Of a stretch of 64,000 bases of DNA, positions 46,413-55,459 are shown piece after piece; position 1 is the first letter of the stretch, and each line of letters starts with the position of its first letter. The notes below the pieces were generated by a model that made no database searches, was not told the origin of the DNA, and saw only the letters and a list, made by a program, of their open reading frames with translations. A program made the translations under genes and the position numbers. Origin of the DNA: Candidatus Anderseniibacteriota bacterium (GTDB lineage: Bacteria; Patescibacteriota; Andersenbacteria; UBA10190); NCBI GenBank assembly GCA_040900375.1, contig JBBDZC010000003.1:586-64585 (forward strand), in the 5' to 3' direction.

Positions 46413-48721
46413 TGTTTACCGCTGCTGCCATTACTGTTTTCCTGCCCCTTCTCCTGTTCATTATTCCCGGTCTTAGCATGGTGCGCCCCGTTGCTCTCTC
46501 ACCCCTTTCTCTCTTGACCCAAACAGTGCTGTGGAGTGTCAGCCTCTGGATTATTATCTTATTTGCGACCGCCCTCATCGGCCTCCCTAACACCTGGACC
46601 ATTGCCCTAGTAACCGCGACGGCCGGGATCATCGTGGGACAGAACCGTCATGCTTGGCAGGGGCTTTTGTGGCCCAGGCCGCTCTTGCTCATAATTATTG
46701 GTGTAACCATCTATGCCCTCTTTGGCACAATGTATGTCGCTAATCACGACGCCTTACCCTCGGGTGATAGTCAAAAAGCCATCCTGTGGGCGACAGAAAT
46801 TAATACCACGAGCCGACTGCCCGACTACAGTGTCGCACCTGCCCTCCTCAATCGCGATCCGGTTGACTTCTACACACCCGGCCTTCATGTCTTAATCGCC
46901 GCTCTCCTTCAACTAGCTCCCCACCCCGTCATTGCCGTCGGCTTTTTTAGTATTGCTGCCAGCCTGGCAGTTGTTCTCATTGCCACCGCCAGTGCCATTA
47001 AACTTTTTCCCGAACTACCACGATGGTCACTCGCCATCACCTGTGCTCTACTCATCCTTACCAATTTTCGTTTTCTCCGCTACCTACGCGAACCGGGGTA
47101 TCACTTACAGAATATAGTTGGAGAATTATTGCTCTTTGGTCTCCTCTATATCGGTATCCTGCTCTGGCAAGAATGGCGCTGGCGTAACATAGTTTTAGCC
47201 GCCCTCTTGAGTATCGCGCTCGTTATCTCGCATCAATTTTCCGCCTTTCTGGCTATCTTTATTTTACTCCCGCTTACCGTAGCCATGGGCTTACGATATT
47301 TGAGCTTCCATCAGTGGCATCGACATCTAAAACATTCTCGGGGCCTAGTAGCTTTACTCCTCCTGTTGATTATCATGTGGGTTAGCCTCGCCCTCAACCT
47401 TCATCAGAAAATTCCTCACATTTTTACTTTTGATGCTCACTTACGCGGACTAGTCCCCGCCGTAGCGGAATACCCCCGCATCATTGGTGAGGTATGGCTG
47501 TATGCGGGCATTGCCGGTTTAGTCCATATGCTACTGGTGATTAGTAACTGGCACCGCGGCGGCGACCGCCTGCTCTTTGCTATCAGTACCTTTATTATCC
47601 TGCTTATGTCCCGTGGTCCGTATATTGGAATTGATATCCCCCCGGTGCGAGCGCTATTCTATGCAGTTGTGCCCCTTAGTCTAGCCGCGGCATACTTTTT
47701 CGAAACCTTGCGGGCGGCGGTTCGACAATTCCTACCCGCCGCCGCGGTCGCTGCATCCGCTATTATTTTTAGTCTCATCTTGATCAATGGTGCCGTCACC
47801 GCCACCCAAGCTTTTCAGATCGTGCCAATTCGGACTACTTCAACCTTGACTCCCGCACAACAAGCCTTAATTACTTACTTAGAGAGCCAGCCGGAACAAG
47901 CAGCGATCTTAATTGACGATTATAATCAACGAGCAAACTCCTGGTTATTATTAGCCCAAAAACCTCTCTACGCGCGCCTGGCAGCTGAACTTGCCATCCA
48001 AATGGATGAGGCCGAGCAATCCTCGCTCCGCTCGGCACTCTATTTAGCGCAGTTAAATTTTGAAAAAATATTTGCGCTCGGAAGTCTCCCGGAAATCCTG
48101 CCGCTCCTGCACCAGTATAATATCAACTGGGTAACTGGCATTAATAAAAGTAGTAATTCTAGCTTTGCTCACAATCCTATCCTGGCACCTGTTTATCAGG
48201 CTGGTGACACAGTGCTGTACACTATTCGCCCGCCGGAGGCGGCTAAGGCTACCTCGACTAGCCCGCACACTGATTGGCTACTGAAAACGAGTACCCTGGC
48301 TAATGATATCGGTGATAATGAAGACACCTTTGCTCATCTGCCGGCCAGTCTGCACACGTCACGCCTCTCTGCCCCGCGTTTCAATGGTCAGCGAACATAT
48401 CGTGTAACGAGTGCTCCGCGGATTGCGCTCCGTTTTAATATTGGTGATTTTGCTACTCGCCTGTGGGACCAAGATCACACCAATCAAGCTGACACTACCG
48501 TTGAATTGCTGCTGGAGTTTTTACAACCCGTGCCTGATCTGGTACTGGAAACTACTACTGGCCATCAGGAAGCGGTGACTGCTGCCACGCAGATCCTGCG
48601 TCTGTCGCCAGCGCAAGTTCCGTTTGCGCCCGATGGCTTTATTACCGTGTATCTTCTTAACCCCCATCAGCGGCTAGTAGAAATAGATCTGATTGCCTTA
48701 GGATTATCACGAGTCCCCTAA
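46412..48721 (+). CDS. large membrane protein (N-terminal polytopic domain + ~350-aa C-terminal soluble domain); possible GT-C glycosyltransferase
   Basis: 769 aa, about 13 TM helices. Follows GT2 (44475) and GT4 (45261) in the same operon. Confidence 0.4.
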   Translation: MFTAAAITVFLPLLLFIIPGLSMVRPVALSPLSLLTQTVLWSVSLWIIILFATALIGLPNTWTIALVTATAGIIVGQNRHAWQGLLWPRPLLLIIIGVTIYALFGTMYVANHDALPSGDSQKAILWATEINTTSRLPDYSVAPALLNRDPVDFYTPGLHVLIAALLQLAPHPVIAVGFFSIAASLAVVLIATASAIKLFPELPRWSLAITCALLILTNFRFLRYLREPGYHLQNIVGELLLFGLLYIGILLWQEWRWRNIVLAALLSIALVISHQFSAFLAIFILLPLTVAMGLRYLSFHQWHRHLKHSRGLVALLLLLIIMWVSLALNLHQKIPHIFTFDAHLRGLVPAVAEYPRIIGEVWLYAGIAGLVHMLLVISNWHRGGDRLLFAISTFIILLMSRGPYIGIDIPPVRALFYAVVPLSLAAAYFFETLRAAVRQFLPAAAVAASAIIFSLILINGAVTATQAFQIVPIRTTSTLTPAQQALITYLESQPEQAAILIDDYNQRANSWLLLAQKPLYARLAAELAIQMDEAEQSSLRSALYLAQLNFEKIFALGSLPEILPLLHQYNINWVTGINKSSNSSFAHNPILAPVYQAGDTVLYTIRPPEAAKATSTSPHTDWLLKTSTLANDIGDNEDTFAHLPASLHTSRLSAPRFNGQRTYRVTSAPRIALRFNIGDFATRLWDQDHTNQADTTVELLLEFLQPVPDLVLETTTGHQEAVTAATQILRLSPAQVPFAPDGFITVYLLNPHQRLVEIDLIALGLSRVP

Positions 48722-48727
48722 TACACT

Positions 48728-50197
48728 ATGTCCTCTCCTAAACAATCACGTCTGGCAGGAGCCTTATCATTAGTGATTGCCCAAGCTGTTGTCTTGGTCT
48801 TGGGCTACGTTACTCATTTATGGATTGGCCGGGTGCTCGGCCCCGCTCCCTACGGCATTTACGGCGTAGTTTTAGCGCTGCAATCAATTATAGGATTACT
48901 GCTCACCTTAGGCGTGCCGGTCGCTATCTCGCGATTTGTGGCTCGCGATGAAGCTCACGCTCATAGCATTCTAGCCCAAGGCATTCGTATCCAGACAGTT
49001 ATTGCGTTGCTCGTAGCTCTGACCACGTTGATCTTAAGCCCCCTATTTGCCTCATTGCTCGGTGATGCCTCTCTTACCAATTACATTCGTTTTATTGCTC
49101 TCATTATCTTTTTACAGGCTTATTATCCCATTTTTGTCCAATTCTTAAGCGGTATGCATCGCTTTAATCGCCAAGCCCTCCTCACTATATGCTATGCTGC
49201 CGCCAAGCTTATAGGTGCCCTTTCGTTGATCTATATATTTGGAGTCTATGGAGCATTTGCCGGCTTTGCTGTCGGGGGAGTGGTTGCGGCAGTAGTTGGT
49301 TGGTTATGGACATGGCCCAGCAGTGAACAAGCTCATCGCCAGCTGCCATATAAAGCTTTTCTCCAATTTGCCGGAACCTATGTGCTCATTCTTGTCGGTC
49401 TCCAACTTTTAATTAGCCTCGACTTATTCATGGTTAAGGCTCTCCTTAAAAACGACGTGCTGGCCGGTTACTACAATGCTGCCGTTACCCTTTCTCGTAT
49501 TTCCTACATGCTACTGCAAGCATTAGCCTTTATTCTCCTCCCCAGTGTTTCCGCTCTCACCCGACCCGGTAAATCTCATACTGATGCGGCTCAATTCATT
49601 GCGGAAGCAATCCGCTATCTTATAGCGTTAATTGTCCCTAGTGTCGTTCTTGCCGCTACCACAAGCCGAGCCCTCGTAACATTGTTTTACTCGCACTCGT
49701 ATTTGCCCGCAGCCCCCGTCCTGACTGTTCTCATAGTTGGTATTGGCAGTTTAGCCTTCTACCTTCTTCTCACTAATATTGTTGCTGGCGCTGGTAAGGC
49801 GCGGGTAGGACTCATTCTGACGGTGGGGTTACTGATCGCAAGCGCTGGACTGGGATTCATCTTAATTCCCCAGTATGGACTAATGGGTGCCGCCTGGCAG
49901 ACAACGAGCGTCGGTCTGCTCGGACTTGCTATCTTAGGCGCTTATACCTTTAAAGCATTCGCTATCCATTTCCCTTTACGCAGTACTATCAACATCCTGA
50001 TTGCCACTGCTGTGAGTGCGGTGCCTACCTCTCTCTGGCAAACTGAACCTCTGACACTGCTGCCCCAGTACATTCTCGCCGGTGCGCTATACGTCGCCGT
50101 CTTACTTGTTCTCCAAGAAATTTCTCCCACTGACCGCCAGCGTCTTTCCTCCTTACACCCGCGATTGCATTGGCTCGCTGCTAAAATCTCCTCATGA
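48728..50197 (+). CDS. Wzx-like polysaccharide/oligosaccharide flippase (MOP superfamily)
   Basis: 489 aa, about 14 TM helices. N-terminus SLVIAQAVVLVLGYVTHLWIGRVLGPAPYGIYGVV is typical of polysaccharide-biosynthesis proteins. Confidence 0.7.
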   Translation: MSSPKQSRLAGALSLVIAQAVVLVLGYVTHLWIGRVLGPAPYGIYGVVLALQSIIGLLLTLGVPVAISRFVARDEAHAHSILAQGIRIQTVIALLVALTTLILSPLFASLLGDASLTNYIRFIALIIFLQAYYPIFVQFLSGMHRFNRQALLTICYAAAKLIGALSLIYIFGVYGAFAGFAVGGVVAAVVGWLWTWPSSEQAHRQLPYKAFLQFAGTYVLILVGLQLLISLDLFMVKALLKNDVLAGYYNAAVTLSRISYMLLQALAFILLPSVSALTRPGKSHTDAAQFIAEAIRYLIALIVPSVVLAATTSRALVTLFYSHSYLPAAPVLTVLIVGIGSLAFYLLLTNIVAGAGKARVGLILTVGLLIASAGLGFILIPQYGLMGAAWQTTSVGLLGLAILGAYTFKAFAIHFPLRSTINILIATAVSAVPTSLWQTEPLTLLPQYILAGALYVAVLLVLQEISPTDRQRLSSLHPRLHWLAAKISS

Positions 50198-50784
50198 AAA
50201 CTTGGCACCAAGGCGTGAGTATAATCGCGGCCTCACTCGCCGCCATTGCTCTTATTATTGGCAGTAGCGTCTTGCCTTACGGCCAGCGGGCGGTCAGCCA
50301 AATAGAAAATATTCACGGCGTCTCTTATCCCGTCGAGGATGATTTAATTACCGTGACTGAAGCCTTAGCCCATTTCGATGTTTATTTACAAGAACCTGTT
50401 ATTGCGAAAAAACTCCACTTGACGTTTGACTTTATTCCGTTTGCCGAAGACCATTTGGGCGTGGGCGTCCGGGAGAACTCATTTTGGTTAAGCTATGAGC
50501 CCCAGCTATTCTATCAAGCTGGCTCATCTGATAAAAAAACAACGGCGCTGCATTCAGCCTCTCTCACCATCCCCCTCTCCGACAAAATTCAGGAACGTGA
50601 CCGCTCAATTGACGTTATGTTCATGGCGGCCCCTGCCAACCATCTGCCACTGCCTGACCCTTTGACCGATACGACATACTGGCAGATCAAAAACTTACAT
50701 GCGACGGTTGAGTATGACAAGCCAAGTACATCAGCTTGGCGTGATTTTATTCGCAGTATTATTCGTCGCGAACGAGTCCTATGA
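50194..50784 (+). CDS. hypothetical exported/membrane-anchored protein
   Basis: 196 aa with an N-terminal TM helix. Stop/start overlap with the flanking genes suggests translational coupling. Confidence 0.5.
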   Translation: MKTWHQGVSIIAASLAAIALIIGSSVLPYGQRAVSQIENIHGVSYPVEDDLITVTEALAHFDVYLQEPVIAKKLHLTFDFIPFAEDHLGVGVRENSFWLSYEPQLFYQAGSSDKKTTALHSASLTIPLSDKIQERDRSIDVMFMAAPANHLPLPDPLTDTTYWQIKNLHATVEYDKPSTSAWRDFIRSIIRRERVL

Positions 50785-50954
50785 ATATCACTTATCAGTT
50801 GTGGTTCATAAGCCTTACCCTGATAGTGGCCTGCGGCTTGCTGACCGCTCTGCAGTGGTTCCACCCAGCCCTTGTATCACGAGAGATTATTTCGGCTACT
50901 CTCGGTGTAGCTATCGGCAGTGCGCTACTGTCATTAATCTTGACCAAGAAATAG
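50781..50954 (+). CDS. small 2-TM membrane protein (57 aa)
   Basis: MNITYQLWFISLTLIVACGLLTALQWFHPALVSREIISATLGVAIGSALLSLILTKK. ATGA overlap with the upstream stop. Ends 3 nt before the murJ start. Not in the ORF track (<60 aa). Confidence 0.45.
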   Translation: MNITYQLWFISLTLIVACGLLTALQWFHPALVSREIISATLGVAIGSALLSLILTKK

Positions 50955-50957
50955 GGT

Positions 50958-52523
50958 ATGTCGGAAGAAAATAAACAAACACTAGGTTCAGCGAGCCTTA
51001 TTGGCATCACCGCCTTTGGTGGGGCCCTCGTGGGATTCGTCCTGCAACTGTTAGTTGCGTACTATTTTGGCGCCTCCGCGAGCACCGATGCTTTCTTCAT
51101 GGCTGCCTCTACTTCTGAATTACTCGGTAAACTCTTACTGGGCGGTTCTATTACCGCAGTTTTTCTGCCGCTCTTTGTTCAGCGCTTGAGTACTGGGCAA
51201 AAAACTGCTGCCTGGAATCTAGCCCTCAATATTCTTCACGTCTTTGCCGCTCTCTTTCTTGTGCTCATTATTACAGTCGCGTTGTTTACACCCGCCTTTG
51301 TCCGCTTTATTGCTCCCGGTTTTTCACCGGCTACAGCCGCCCTGACAACTACTCTACTCCGCGTGCTTTTGCCCTCCTTTCTCTTCTTATTTTTAGTGGA
51401 TATTGCCGTCGCCATGTTGCATGCGCTCAAACAATTCGCCCTGCCAGCGACGCTGCGCCTAATTGCTCCCACGATCTCCATTATGACGATTGTTGTGCTT
51501 GGTAAAATGATAGGCATTTATGCTCTGGCGCTCGGGGCACTCATTGGCTCTGGCGTCCAACTAATATACGTCGCCTGGGCGCTGCGCCGGCAAGGCTTTA
51601 TCTATCGACCTATTTTCCAGCCATTCAATACCGACATTAAAAAATTACTTTATTTGGTATACCCCTTTATCTTTTCCATGATAGCGACGCAAGCAGCGGG
51701 AATCGTCTATCGTATCCTCGTCTCAGATTTGTCCCCTGGTAGTCTTTCTGCCTTAAAATACGCAGAAAAAATTACCCAGCTTTGTACAATCATCTTTTTA
51801 AACTCTGTTACGATCGTGATCTATCCGCTGTTATCAGAAAAGGCGAGTCACGCTGATACTAATGGCATGCGCACCACCATTGCTTCGGCTATTCGCTTAA
51901 CTACTTTTATTACTATTCCCCTGATTGTCGGCATAGTGGTTTTGCGTGAGCCGCTCATCGCGTTTATCTACCAACGGGGGTCATTCGACACGGAAGCTGC
52001 TCTGTTGACCAGTACTGCCTTACTGTTTCTAATTTTAGGCTTCACCGTTAATGCTGCCAGTTCTATCTTAGGCCATGCTGTCTTGGCATTGCAGCAAACC
52101 CGCGCGGCCGTCGCCGTCACAGTAGCCTCACACGCTGTTGCCATTATGCTTTTTATAACTCTCGTGCCTCGCTTGGCGCACGCTGGCCTAGCCCTGGCTT
52201 CTTCCCTTGTACCGCTTAGTTCCTGTCTGCTGTACTTTTTATACCTTCACCGCCGTATTCCTCATCTCCAGCAAATATTTTGGCAGGGCATATACATCAA
52301 AATTGTCGTGCTGGCCGGGCTTCTCTTTATTGTCTTGCAAGGTATGCTCGCCTTGAGCATGGCTTTCCCGATACCCGTCGGCGTTAATGTCTTATTGCAA
52401 CTAGTCGTGCCGACAATAGTCGGTAGTCTCGTATTTTTTGGGGGAGCTTACCTGTGGCGTATTCCCGAGATGCATGATGTCGTGAGTATCCTTCACAAAA
52501 AGTTGCGTGGCCTAAGGCCTTAA
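50958..52523 (+). CDS. murJ: lipid II flippase MurJ/MviN
   Basis: LIGITAFGGALVGFVLQLLVAYYFGASASTDAFFMAASTSELLGKLLLGGSITAVFLPLF is the MurJ N-terminal signature; 14 TM helices. Confidence 0.8.
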   Translation: MSEENKQTLGSASLIGITAFGGALVGFVLQLLVAYYFGASASTDAFFMAASTSELLGKLLLGGSITAVFLPLFVQRLSTGQKTAAWNLALNILHVFAALFLVLIITVALFTPAFVRFIAPGFSPATAALTTTLLRVLLPSFLFLFLVDIAVAMLHALKQFALPATLRLIAPTISIMTIVVLGKMIGIYALALGALIGSGVQLIYVAWALRRQGFIYRPIFQPFNTDIKKLLYLVYPFIFSMIATQAAGIVYRILVSDLSPGSLSALKYAEKITQLCTIIFLNSVTIVIYPLLSEKASHADTNGMRTTIASAIRLTTFITIPLIVGIVVLREPLIAFIYQRGSFDTEAALLTSTALLFLILGFTVNAASSILGHAVLALQQTRAAVAVTVASHAVAIMLFITLVPRLAHAGLALASSLVPLSSCLLYFLYLHRRIPHLQQIFWQGIYIKIVVLAGLLFIVLQGMLALSMAFPIPVGVNVLLQLVVPTIVGSLVFFGGAYLWRIPEMHDVVSILHKKLRGLRP

Positions 52524-52535
52524 TCAAGAATCGTT

Positions 52536-53648
52536 ATGCAATTCGCCGTTATTGAATACAGTAGTAAAACCGGTCGTATTTGGAAGCACACCCCAGCCCG
52601 GCCAAATTACCTGTCTGATCCGCAGCGAGAAATTGATCCGACTAGTTTTGGTTGTTACGTCTCGGCGCTGGCAGGCGAACATGTTCCTCTCATCGGCATG
52701 ATTACTGGCGATATTAACCCCGTAAGCTCCCTGACGCGCTTCACTCGCCGGGTCATTAAAAAACTCACGGGTGCCTGGCCACAGACCTATGACATTTCCT
52801 ATCTAAAAAAGTTCGATACAATCATGCTCGTCCACCAACTAAGTGATGCCCACGAGATTGCCGCCTTCGCCAAGCGACTGCGGCAACTATATCCTCATAT
52901 TTTTATTCTCGGCGTTCCCACTCAACCGTACGGTATATTGAAAGCCCATTTAGAAAACCAGCCGCATGAGCGGCAAACCTTCATTGAATATATGAATGCC
53001 TGTGATCTTTTTTTAACAGTGGTCAAAGACACACAAGCCTGGTATGAATCAATGGCGCGTAAGCCTGTCGTATACTTACCGCAAATTTACCCCGCTCATT
53101 ACGCCTCCCAATTCTTTAAGCCCCGCTCCCACAAACAAAAAGCCTTATTTGTGGCTGGCGTGACCGAGCGTGATAATATTGCCGAGGGTCAGCGGTTAAC
53201 AGCGGCCTTACAACGGCAGTTCCCTGAATACATAATCCGCGTCACCAAAATTCCGGGCCTGAAGCTTGATCTATCGGCGCTGGCGGGGGCGCGATATGAA
53301 GTAGTGGAATTTGCCCAGTGGCGAGAACATCTGCCTTTCCTTGCAGAGCAAATGCTGGTGATCAATACTGACTACTTATTTACCCGTGGCCGCGTCCAAG
53401 TTGATTGCGCCGCCGTTGGCACACCAAGCCTCGGCGCCAACTCTGATGGGCAGACCGATCTATTCCCCGCGCTGGCCGGCGGACCGCACCTGCCCATCGA
53501 AAAGCTGGAGCCACTCGCCCGAAAATTGCTGACGGATAAAGTTTATTACCAGCAAATTACGGATCAAGCTCGTGATAAACTGCAGAAATATGATTATGAG
53601 GAGTCTGCCGTGCGGCTCCAGCTGCTTGTTAAACAATATCGCTCATGA
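52536..53648 (+). CDS. divergent GT-B fold glycosyltransferase-like protein
   Basis: C-terminus NTDYLFTRGRVQVDCAAVGTPSLGANSDGQTDLF resembles the GT4 E..A.G.P....GG motif. Confidence 0.4.
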   Translation: MQFAVIEYSSKTGRIWKHTPARPNYLSDPQREIDPTSFGCYVSALAGEHVPLIGMITGDINPVSSLTRFTRRVIKKLTGAWPQTYDISYLKKFDTIMLVHQLSDAHEIAAFAKRLRQLYPHIFILGVPTQPYGILKAHLENQPHERQTFIEYMNACDLFLTVVKDTQAWYESMARKPVVYLPQIYPAHYASQFFKPRSHKQKALFVAGVTERDNIAEGQRLTAALQRQFPEYIIRVTKIPGLKLDLSALAGARYEVVEFAQWREHLPFLAEQMLVINTDYLFTRGRVQVDCAAVGTPSLGANSDGQTDLFPALAGGPHLPIEKLEPLARKLLTDKVYYQQITDQARDKLQKYDYEESAVRLQLLVKQYRS

Positions 53649-54709
53649 AACGTTTTCTACTGAAACACGTGGGCAACATGGGTGATCTGACTTTTTTTAT
53701 CCCGCCTGTTCTCGCCACATTAAAACGCCATTACCCTGATTGCCATATTACTTTGATTACGGCTTGGGGCTTTAAAGATCGCCGCGGGCGATGGGGAAAA
53801 CGCAATCAAGATGGATTCTGTCTTAATCTTATGATGACTAACCCGCACCTTGACCAACTAGTGCACTGGCATGATACCAAGCTCTCGCTGGCAGCCAAAA
53901 TCTGTGAAGAAGAAGGCCAACGATTTCCCACGTGGAACAAGGAGTACTTTACCCAACAAAAAGAAGCGGGGGGGTACGACGGCGTCTATGAGTTAGATTT
54001 TGGCCTAAAAATTACTGATAATCCAATCCAGAAAATGTATGAAAAGGTTGGCCTGCCGCAAGAAACCTACACCGACTACAAACTATATTTTACTCCCCGT
54101 GACCGAGAAGTAGCCGAGCATGTCACCCGCAAACTGCCGCAACCACGCATAGTCTTGCTTGAAGGCTTGGAAAGTACTACGACGCGAGGCTGGGATCCGG
54201 GAAAAATCACCGGATTAGAACAAGTAATTAAGCAAGTGTATGGGGTACGCCCACTTTGGTTCGGCGCCCGCCACGTACCCTACTTTGAAGGACGCCCGTT
54301 AACACTCCGCGAGAATATTGCTACTTTAACCCTCTGTGATGTGGCTATTGGCGTCCTCTCGGGGCCGCTTCACTTTGCCGCCGCCGCGGGTACACCAACT
54401 CTTACCCTCTACTGTGATCACTCCCTGCAGCGCGCCGCGCCCGCTTACTTCTTAAACCACTACATGCCCGCCGCGGCTCCACGCCACCAGACCCTGCTTG
54501 GTCCTGACAACCCCATCATGAAAACTTTGAAAAATGACACCCCCGCTCTTAATCTCACGCCCCAGGAAGCCCAAACCCAAGGCACTCAAGATTGGCTGCG
54601 ACCTGGCCGGCAAAGTACCAAAACATGTTTAGCGGTAATTACTATCGAGGAAATTATGACAGTCCTAGGGGACATCTTACCTCACCCAGAAGACACTGGT
54701 CATTTCTAG
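53645..54709 (+). CDS. glycosyltransferase family 9 (heptosyltransferase-like)
   Basis: MKRFLLKHVGNMGDLTFFIPPVLATLKRHYPDCHITLIT matches the GT9 N-terminal LGD...P...LK..YP motif. Confidence 0.65.
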   Translation: MKRFLLKHVGNMGDLTFFIPPVLATLKRHYPDCHITLITAWGFKDRRGRWGKRNQDGFCLNLMMTNPHLDQLVHWHDTKLSLAAKICEEEGQRFPTWNKEYFTQQKEAGGYDGVYELDFGLKITDNPIQKMYEKVGLPQETYTDYKLYFTPRDREVAEHVTRKLPQPRIVLLEGLESTTTRGWDPGKITGLEQVIKQVYGVRPLWFGARHVPYFEGRPLTLRENIATLTLCDVAIGVLSGPLHFAAAAGTPTLTLYCDHSLQRAAPAYFLNHYMPAAAPRHQTLLGPDNPIMKTLKNDTPALNLTPQEAQTQGTQDWLRPGRQSTKTCLAVITIEEIMTVLGDILPHPEDTGHF

Positions 54710-54741
54710 CTTAAATATACGAGAGCATATATTGTAACGAT

Positions 54742-55452
54742 ATGCACAGTCGTACGCCGTGGGTCCTTATCCCTACGTACAATGAACGGTTGAATATTGA
54801 GCGCATGATTATTGCTTTATTTGCGCTGAATATTCCTCATCTAACCGTCCTCATAGTTGATGATAATTCCCCGGACGGGACCGCTGGTGTCGTGCGTAAT
54901 TTACAAAAAAAATATGATCGCTTAAAACTTGTGGTGCGGGAACATAAAGCGGGGCTTGGACGTGCGTACATTCATGGCTTTGAGTATGCCCTTGCAGCAG
55001 GAGCCAGTGCGGTGGTTCAAATGGACGCAGATTTTTCTCACGACCCCGCCGATGTGCCCCGTCTCCTGGAAAAACTTACTACACATGCGCTTGTCCTAGG
55101 TTCCCGTTACGCTCATGGCATTAGTGTGATTAACTGGCCCCTTCGACGCCTCCTCATCAGCATTATTGGTAATACCTACGCGCGCCTGATTACCGGTATA
55201 CCCTATAAAGACTTAACAGGGGGTTTTAAGGCCTGGCGCGCCCAAGCCCTCCAGGCAATTGCTCTTGAGCAAATTGTAGCTGATGGTTACGGTTTTCAAA
55301 TTGTGGCCACGTACCGTGCTTGGAAAAAAGGTTTATCTATTATCGAGATACCAATTGTCTTCACGGAGCGCCGCGAAGGACAATCAAAAATGAGCAAAGC
55401 AATTATTATTGAGGCGCTGTGGGTAGTCTGGCGACTGCGACTCTTTGGCTAG
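54742..55452 (+). CDS. GT2 polyprenyl-phosphate sugar synthase (DPM1/CsbB/GtrB-like, soluble)
   Basis: WVLIPTYNERLNIERMI...VLIVDDNSPDGTAGVVR...QMDADFSHDP. Confidence 0.8.
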   Translation: MHSRTPWVLIPTYNERLNIERMIIALFALNIPHLTVLIVDDNSPDGTAGVVRNLQKKYDRLKLVVREHKAGLGRAYIHGFEYALAAGASAVVQMDADFSHDPADVPRLLEKLTTHALVLGSRYAHGISVINWPLRRLLISIIGNTYARLITGIPYKDLTGGFKAWRAQALQAIALEQIVADGYGFQIVATYRAWKKGLSIIEIPIVFTERREGQSKMSKAIIIEALWVVWRLRLFG

Positions 55453-55459
55453 AATTTAA

